Assembly (NCBI GenBank): GCA_030765185.1
Contig: JAVCDE010000024.1
Span: 42,975 to 106,974, forward strand
DNA length: 64,000 bases
Direction of reading: 5' to 3'
From: Candidatus Aceula meridiana
Lineage (GTDB): Bacteria; Omnitrophota; Gorgyraeia; Zapsychrales; Aceulaceae
The notes below the pieces were generated by a model, which was not told where the DNA came from, made no database searches, and saw nothing but the letters and a program-made list of their open reading frames with translations. A program made the position numbers and the translations under genes. Shown here piece after piece: positions 58,272-64,000 of this stretch (positions are counted from its first letter, which is position 1; each line of letters begins with the position of its first letter).

Positions 58272-59956
58272 GCTTCTTTAGCTTCCTTAATATCTTTCAA
58301 TTCTAGTTGGACTACAGGTTCTTTCTTCCAATCATCTATAGAAACTTTGTAAGCAATATCTATTTGTTTGCCCTGATCGACTAGCGGGCGGTAGGCTTCC
58401 ATACCAAATCCAACGGCTGAAAAAATATTCTTTCCATCTGTAACCCAAAATTTTAAAGTACCACGCCCTAAAATCGCAGGCGGACTTTTAACTGTAAGCC
58501 GGCGAGAACAAAAAATAGGCTCTGGATTCGCTTCACCATAAGGCTCAAGTTTCTGCACAATATCTACCAACTTCATATTTACACTAGAAAGCTGAATCTC
58601 ACAATCTACAGAAAGACTTGGTGTTAAATCTTCCTGCGAAATCTTTTCGTGAGCAATTTCATTCATCCGCTCCTTAAAGGCTTCTAATTTTTCTTCGCGA
58701 ATGGTCACGCCTGCCGCATATTTATGTCCTCCGTAATTTTCAAGCAAATCCGCACACTCCGAAAGTGCATCAAATAAATGAAACCCTGCGATCGAGCGGG
58801 CAGACCCTGTTGCAATCCCCTCTTCCATCGCAAGCACAATACTCGGACGATAATAAGTGTCAACAACACGCGAGGCCACAATGCCAACTACCCCTTTATG
58901 CCACCCCTCTTTGCTCAAAATAATAATTCGGTCTTTTTGAAAATTAATTTGATCCTCAACCATCGAAAGCGCCTCCTCAATGATTGCGCCTTGTTTTTTT
59001 TGACGTTCCCGATTATGGTCTTCTAAAATCTGAGCAATATCTTGCGCCTCTTTTTCACTCTGGCTTAAAAGAAGACCTAAAGATTTCTCAGCCGAAGCAA
59101 TACGCCCCATCGCGTTGATACGTGGCCCTAGAATAAAACCAACATGTCTTGGGGTTATTTTTTTACCTATAATACGCGCGTTCTTCATTAAAGCCAACAG
59201 TCCAAAATTCTTTGTCCTTTGAATTTCCGGCAGCCCAATCTTCACAAAAATACGATTTTCACCCCGAAGTGGTACAATATCAGCAATTGTCCCTAGAGCG
59301 ACCAAATCCAAATCCTTCATGTAATCTTTCCCCAAGAGAGCTTGAGCGAGCTTAAATGTCACAGCCACGGCTGCTAAGCCCCCAAAAGGATAAGGACAGT
59401 CTTTACGCTTAGGGTCTACAACTGCCACAGCTCTAGGAAGACTCTCTGCGGCTTCATGGTGGTCAACAATAATAACATCAATCCCCTCTCTGCGCAGTGT
59501 TTCAACTTGATCAATCGCGCTAATTCCACAATCTACGGTAATTAAAAGCGTAACGCCCTGCTCTTTAGCTTTTTTAGCAATAGTGTGATTAAGCCCGTAT
59601 CCATCTTTCACCCGGTGCGGAATGTGCGTTAAAACATCAATACCCATTTTCTTTAAAGCATTAGTTAAAATGGTTGATGATGTTACACCGTCTACATCGT
59701 AGTCACCAAAAATCAAAACGCGCTCTTTGTTTTGCTTGGCCTGATTGATTCGCGCAACAGCCTTATCCATATCTTTTAAAAGAAAAGGATCGTGCAGGCC
59801 GCTGACATCACCCGAAAGAAAATCTTTTGCCTCTTGAGGGCTCTCAATCCCCCGATTAATAAGAAGCTGGGCAACAACAGGATGGACCCCAAGAGTGTCG
59901 CTTAAAGAAACTTGAAGTTTAGGGTTTGGGATTTTGACGAGCCATCTTTTTAACAT
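58268..59956 (-). CDS. recJ: Single-stranded-DNA-specific exonuclease RecJ
   Basis: 562 aa; DHH motifs (GDYDVDGVTS, DHH in VDHHE), DHHA1 and C-terminal OB domain. Confidence 0.9.
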   Translation of the reverse strand: MLKRWLVKIPNPKLQVSLSDTLGVHPVVAQLLINRGIESPQEAKDFLSGDVSGLHDPFLLKDMDKAVARINQAKQNKERVLIFGDYDVDGVTSSTILTNALKKMGIDVLTHIPHRVKDGYGLNHTIAKKAKEQGVTLLITVDCGISAIDQVETLRREGIDVIIVDHHEAAESLPRAVAVVDPKRKDCPYPFGGLAAVAVTFKLAQALLGKDYMKDLDLVALGTIADIVPLRGENRIFVKIGLPEIQRTKNFGLLALMKNARIIGKKITPRHVGFILGPRINAMGRIASAEKSLGLLLSQSEKEAQDIAQILEDHNRERQKKQGAIIEEALSMVEDQINFQKDRIIILSKEGWHKGVVGIVASRVVDTYYRPSIVLAMEEGIATGSARSIAGFHLFDALSECADLLENYGGHKYAAGVTIREEKLEAFKERMNEIAHEKISQEDLTPSLSVDCEIQLSSVNMKLVDIVQKLEPYGEANPEPIFCSRRLTVKSPPAILGRGTLKFWVTDGKNIFSAVGFGMEAYRPLVDQGKQIDIAYKVSIDDWKKEPVVQLELKDIKEAKEA

Positions 59957-59958
59957 GG

Positions 59959-61632
59959 CTACATCTTTTTGGGCGCGCTTACACCTAGCAGTGTAAGGCC
60001 ATTATGAAAAACAATACGTGCCGCTTCAATTAGCGCAAGGCGCTGACAAGACAAGGCTTGGTCCTCGCCGATGACTTTGTGTTTGTCATAAAACCTATGA
60101 AAACACGCTGCCAGTTCTATCAAATAAGTCACCATCCCAAATGGGTCAAGCTGTCCTAGACAAATTGAAAGTGCGTCTTCAAAAGATGCCATTTTCTGAA
60201 TAAGATCAATTTCTTCCGACTCTTGTAAAAGCGTAAAATCTTTTTCAGCAATTTTAAGATTTGCTTCTTTGGCTTTGGTAAAGATACTGTTGATGCGCGC
60301 GTGGGCGTACTGAATATAATAAACCGGATTTTCCGGGCTTTGCTCTTTAGCAAGTTCCAAATCAAAATCTAAGTGAACCTTAATATGACGCATCAAAAAG
60401 AAAAACCGCGCCGCGTCAAAACCGACATCTTGCATGACTTGACGAAGGCTAATAAACTCACCCTTACGCGTTGACATCGAGAGTGGTTGACCCTTGCGAT
60501 AAAGTGACGCTAGCTGAACGATTAAGACCTCTACATCATCTCTACTATGACCTAGAGCCTCTACAGCAGCCTTTAAACGAGCTATATATCCGTGATGATC
60601 CGGTCCCAAGATATTAATAACTCTATTAAAGCCACGATCAAACTTATCCTTGTGATACGCAATGTCAGGCGCCAGATAGGTATAGTTGCCGTCCGACTTT
60701 TTAACCACACGGTCTTTGTCGTCTCCTAAGTCTGTAGACTTAAACCAAGTAGCCCCATCTTTTTCATAAAGATATCCTTTTTCCTCAATAACTTTAAGCG
60801 CGTCCTCAATACTTTTTGGCGTTGCGATTTTAGTCTGCGAAGACCAAACATCAAAATGAACGTTAAAATCTTCCAGATCTTGCTTAATCTCATCTAAAAG
60901 AACTTTCACCCCAAATTTCTCGAAGTCCTTGGTAGGGACAGCTTCCAATGCTTGAACATCACAAATATTTCTTTCTTTCATAAAATCTTTAGCCAATCGC
61001 TTAATATAGGCCCCTTGATAGTAATCCTCAGGGAAATCAACAGTCTCCCCTAGTATCTCTGCTGCGCGTGCATTAATCGATCCGCCTAAAATTTTTATCT
61101 GATTACCTTCATCATTAATATAGTATTCTTTTTTAATGTCATAACCTAAAAACCCTAAAATATTTCCAAGCGCATCGCCTACGGCAGCCTGTCGGGCATG
61201 TGCGACAGTTAAAGGTCCGGTTGGATTTGCCGAAACAAATTCAATCTGAATCTTATTCCCCTTGCCTTGCGTTGAGCGGCCATACTGATCACCCTGATTT
61301 AAAACATCACTAAGCACATCACAAAAAGCAATATTAGCCAAGAAGAAATTAATAAAACCGGGATTTTTTACTTCAATAGATTTAATTTTTTCCTTAAGGG
61401 AAGATTTTTCTAAATTCTGCTCTAAAACCTCTGCCACTTCTTGCGCAATAATCTTAGGACTCTTCTTTAAAACCTTTACCAGACGCAAGGCCGCGCTGCA
61501 GGAAAACTCTCCGTGAATCTTTTCTTTTGGTTTTTCTAACACCAAGAGGGCTGGGTCAATAGAGGTTTTGCAGACTTCCTCAAGAGAAATTTTCAGAAGT
61601 TTTTCGATTTCTTTTTTTAGGTTGGATAGCAT
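59959..61632 (-). CDS. argS: Arginine--tRNA ligase
   Basis: 557 aa; class I HIGH-type motif (PTGPLTVAHAR) and C-terminal DALR anticodon-binding domain. Confidence 0.93.
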   Translation of the reverse strand: MLSNLKKEIEKLLKISLEEVCKTSIDPALLVLEKPKEKIHGEFSCSAALRLVKVLKKSPKIIAQEVAEVLEQNLEKSSLKEKIKSIEVKNPGFINFFLANIAFCDVLSDVLNQGDQYGRSTQGKGNKIQIEFVSANPTGPLTVAHARQAAVGDALGNILGFLGYDIKKEYYINDEGNQIKILGGSINARAAEILGETVDFPEDYYQGAYIKRLAKDFMKERNICDVQALEAVPTKDFEKFGVKVLLDEIKQDLEDFNVHFDVWSSQTKIATPKSIEDALKVIEEKGYLYEKDGATWFKSTDLGDDKDRVVKKSDGNYTYLAPDIAYHKDKFDRGFNRVINILGPDHHGYIARLKAAVEALGHSRDDVEVLIVQLASLYRKGQPLSMSTRKGEFISLRQVMQDVGFDAARFFFLMRHIKVHLDFDLELAKEQSPENPVYYIQYAHARINSIFTKAKEANLKIAEKDFTLLQESEEIDLIQKMASFEDALSICLGQLDPFGMVTYLIELAACFHRFYDKHKVIGEDQALSCQRLALIEAARIVFHNGLTLLGVSAPKKM

Positions 61633-61717
61633 GAAGGATGTAAATTATAAAAGCCACAAGTCACAAGTTATAAGCCTTAAGCTTAAAACTGACAACTCGT
61701 GGCTTATAGCTTAATTA

Positions 61718-62098
61718 TTATTCCCAATTAATCTTCTTACCGGCCTGCCAGAGGTGCTCTAATCCGTAAAATTCCCGCGTTTCTTTCTCAAAAACATGTG
61801 TCACGATGTCGCCACCATCAACAATAACCCATTTGGAGTCTTTTAGCCCTTGAGGGCGAGGAATATACCTACCCTCTTGCTGAAGGCCCTCACGGATATT
61901 GTCAGCAATTGCCTTAACCTGACGGTCAGAATTACCTGAGCAGATAACAAAATAATCGCAGAAGTTTGCCAATTTTCGGACATCCAGCACGACAAGGTGC
62001 TCAGCTTTCTTGTCCAAAGCAAGTTCTGCGATTAAAGAGATAGTCTTCTTGGCAATGGCCAGCGACGATTTTCGCGGTGTTGAATTCTGTTTAGCCAA
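61718..62098 (-). CDS. rsfS: Ribosomal silencing factor RsfS (Iojap)
   Basis: 126 aa; DYFVICSGNSDRQVKAIADNI motif. Confidence 0.85.
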   Translation of the reverse strand: MAKQNSTPRKSSLAIAKKTISLIAELALDKKAEHLVVLDVRKLANFCDYFVICSGNSDRQVKAIADNIREGLQQEGRYIPRPQGLKDSKWVIVDGGDIVTHVFEKETREFYGLEHLWQAGKKINWE

Positions 62099-62175
62099 TA
62101 ATTTTACTCGCGGTCAAAATAATCTTTGCTCTTATTTATTATTGAAATGAGAAATAAGTCCGGATTAAAGATACA

Positions 62176-62346
62176 TTACTTCTTCATCTTTGCTGCTTGA
62201 TCCTTAGAAAGGACTCTCCAGCATTCATGTGAACCACTCTGTGATTTTGTCACAGCAAAAAAGCGTCCACTCTTTTCTCTGACTTCGTATTCAGAGGAGG
62301 TAAATTTAGCTTTTGACTTAACATCGTAGAAAGATAATTCTTCCAT
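62176..62346 (-). CDS. Unannotated small protein (56 aa), basic, possible nucleic-acid-binding
   Basis: Below the 60-aa ORF-track cutoff. Minus-strand ATG at 62346 preceded by GAAAGGAG (6-nt spacing); translation MEELSFYDVKSKAKFTSSEYEVREKSGRFFAVTKSQSGSHECWRVLSKDQAAKMKK; candidate promoter TTGACA(62443-62438)-17-TACACT(62420-62415). Confidence 0.5.
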   Translation of the reverse strand: MEELSFYDVKSKAKFTSSEYEVREKSGRFFAVTKSQSGSHECWRVLSKDQAAKMKK

Positions 62347-62476
62347 TGAAACTCCTTTCGTTTAACAACTGTTGATCTCGCCCTAATTTGCATTATCAAA
62401 TCAGGGTTGAATAAAGTGTACCGAATATTTATCGCTTTGTCAAATCAAAATAAGCTAAATTGTCCCGTGCTTCAAC

Positions 62477-63745
62477 CTAGACCCCAACAAGCCTACGAAT
62501 CTCTTTTTCCTGGGCATCTTTGATAGGCCCAACAAGGGAAAGGTTAATCGCGTTTGAAGCAAAAAGGCTTTGAGCAACGCGGCGGACGTCTTGCGGCGTG
62601 ACTTTCTTGACTTTTTTAATAACATTTTGTGGGGTCTCTGTTTTATTGGTTGAAACAACAGACTCTCCCATCCAAAACATATGTTCTGCGGTATCTTCAA
62701 GACCCAAAAGCATCTGGCCCAAAAGATAATCTTTAGCACGCTTAAACTCGCCTGCCCCTGCTGTCGCCTGAGCAATCTTTTTTAACTCTTTCAAGATAAC
62801 ATCTACGGCATCTACAATTTTTGTATTATCAACTCCAGCGCGCACAATAAAGGCCCCTGCATCTTGAAGCATCTTAATGCCAGAGCCAATTGAATAAGCC
62901 AACCCCCTTTTCTCGCGAACTTCATTAAAAAGCCGACTGGACATATTTCCGCCCAAAATGACGTTTAGAATCCCTGCTGCATAACGGTCCTTGTGTTCAC
63001 GGTGTGGCCCATGGACTCCAAGCGCTAAGTGCATCTGTTCAATATCTTTTTTCATAATTCTTAGCTGAGGCTTCTTTTGATTCTGGACAGCTTTATCGTA
63101 ATCAATGGGACCGTCTTTTAAAAATTTACTAAATTTCTTTTTAGATAAATTTAAAATTTTAGAATGTGTAATGTCTCCGCAAGCTGTGACCACAATGTTT
63201 GATGGAATATAAAATTGATTATGAAAGCTGCGCAAATCTTTGTAAGACATCCCTTCGACCGATCCAATAGTCCCAGCAATATTTTGCCCTAAAGGATGAT
63301 TTGGCCACAAAAGCTGGTCTAATAAATCGCGTACCAAATGCTGCGGCAAGTCATGATACATCTTAATTTCTTCTAAAATAACTCCACGTTCTTTGTTAAC
63401 ATCTTTTTCAGTAATATTGGGCACTGAAACCAAATCCGATAAAATATCAAAAGTTTTCTCGGCATGACGTGATGGAACTTTAGCATAATAACATGTGCAT
63501 TCCTCAGAGGTAAATGCATTAAGCGATCCACCCACACCTTCAATTTGTTCTTTAATAGCTGCGCAACCATAATGTTTGGTGCCTTTAAAAACAATATGCT
63601 CTAGAAAATGTGCTGCGCCTTTATTCTTCACATTCTCATAACGGCCACCGACTCCGGTCCACACACCAACAGCCACAGAGCTTCGCTCTTTCATCTGATG
63701 CGAAACAATACGAAGCTTATTTGAGAGTTCTGTTCTTTTATACAT
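62477..63745 (-). CDS. M16-family zinc peptidase (insulinase/pitrilysin-like)
   Basis: 422 aa; inverted zinc motif HFLEH ... E, two M16 lobes. Confidence 0.85.
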   Translation of the reverse strand: MYKRTELSNKLRIVSHQMKERSSVAVGVWTGVGGRYENVKNKGAAHFLEHIVFKGTKHYGCAAIKEQIEGVGGSLNAFTSEECTCYYAKVPSRHAEKTFDILSDLVSVPNITEKDVNKERGVILEEIKMYHDLPQHLVRDLLDQLLWPNHPLGQNIAGTIGSVEGMSYKDLRSFHNQFYIPSNIVVTACGDITHSKILNLSKKKFSKFLKDGPIDYDKAVQNQKKPQLRIMKKDIEQMHLALGVHGPHREHKDRYAAGILNVILGGNMSSRLFNEVREKRGLAYSIGSGIKMLQDAGAFIVRAGVDNTKIVDAVDVILKELKKIAQATAGAGEFKRAKDYLLGQMLLGLEDTAEHMFWMGESVVSTNKTETPQNVIKKVKKVTPQDVRRVAQSLFASNAINLSLVGPIKDAQEKEIRRLVGV

Positions 63746-64000
63746 AGCTTACAAGTTCTGAAACAAATTCAGCCACACGCGGCACAAGGTCTTTATGCTT
63801 AGCATTTTTAACAATTTCTTTAATAATCGCACTTCCAACAATAACACCATCAGCAGCCTTAGCAACTTCTTTTACCTGTGCGCCTGTTGAAATCCCAAAA
63901 CCAACGCAAACAGGCTTAGCCACTTGCCTCTTTACGCTTTTTAAATCTGCCATAAGTTCTTTAGGTAATTTTGTGCGCTCACCCGTAACGCCGGTTAAAG
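63738..64000 (-). CDS. trpA: Tryptophan synthase alpha chain, C-terminal part (gene continues past window end)
   Basis: C-terminal TrpA sequence (PVCVGFGIS ... GVIVGSAI); reading frame remains open to position 64000. Confidence 0.8.
   Translation of the reverse strand, partial: LTGVTGERTKLPKELMADLKSVKRQVAKPVCVGFGISTGAQVKEVAKAADGVIVGSAIIKEIVKNAKHKDLVPRVAEFVSELVSYV

Noticed and set aside
61633-61717. Imperfect inverted repeats (TATAAGCC ... GGCTTATA, AAGCTTAA) between rsfS and argS
   Set aside because: Short stems with a long loop; could be a weak terminator or promoter region but not supportable as a distinct element.
62455-62775. 106-aa ORF overlapping the 3' end of the M16 peptidase in another frame (also 53216-53455, 51963-52292, 40255-40716, 28925-29185)
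   Set aside because: Out-of-frame overlaps within longer, conserved-family genes; no independent support.

Overview
This ~64 kb chromosomal segment comes from an AT-rich bacterium with compact gene packing. About 60 of 63 supported genes lie on the minus strand; only cinA-like, a degraded thpR/ligT and rpmB are on the plus strand. The gene content includes a prepilin-type N-methylation protein, GGDEF and HD-GYP c-di-GMP enzymes, MORN-repeat proteins and a giant secreted protein. This could fit an uncultivated, Omnitrophota/Elusimicrobia-like lineage, but that is inference only. The housekeeping backbone runs: the 5' end of an ftsL-like gene, rsmH, mraZ with GTGG direct-repeat operator and a sigma70 promoter, ribF, truB, nrnA, rbfA, cca, xerD, ligA, a metallophosphoesterase, acyP, tRNA-Pro(CGG), fabZ-fabG-fabF, a riboflavin operon with embedded nusB and a PHP phosphoesterase (ribBA-ribH-nusB-PHP-ribD-ribE), cinA-like, a BI-1/YccA protein, pgpA-pgsA, rimO, rodZ-like, ftsK, pnp, rpsO, gpmI, ychF, an Rrf2-(4Fe-4S)-nadA-nifS-nifU Fe-S operon, rpmB, recJ, argS, rsfS, an M16 peptidase, and trpA (truncated at the window edge). 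Accessory or unusual content includes: a 1467-aa signal-peptide-bearing giant ORF with an internal class-I SAM-methyltransferase-like Rossmann domain and otherwise unrecognisable sequence, located next to an HD-GYP/GAF phosphodiesterase (most interesting); a UvrD-type helicase fused to a C-terminal Cas4/AddB-like Fe-S nuclease, flanked by Cys-rich small proteins, a DRE-TIM aldolase, two receiver-only response regulators and a Cache histidine kinase; a bacterial homologue of eukaryotic phospholipid scramblases; a thpR/ligT 2H-phosphoesterase pseudogene broken by at least four frameshifts, followed by an AT-rich GTAAGT-repeat region where recA would normally be expected; an unannotated 56-codon gene with a strong Shine-Dalgarno; and several secreted repeat/DUF proteins. 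No CRISPR array, rRNA or obvious mobile element is visible.
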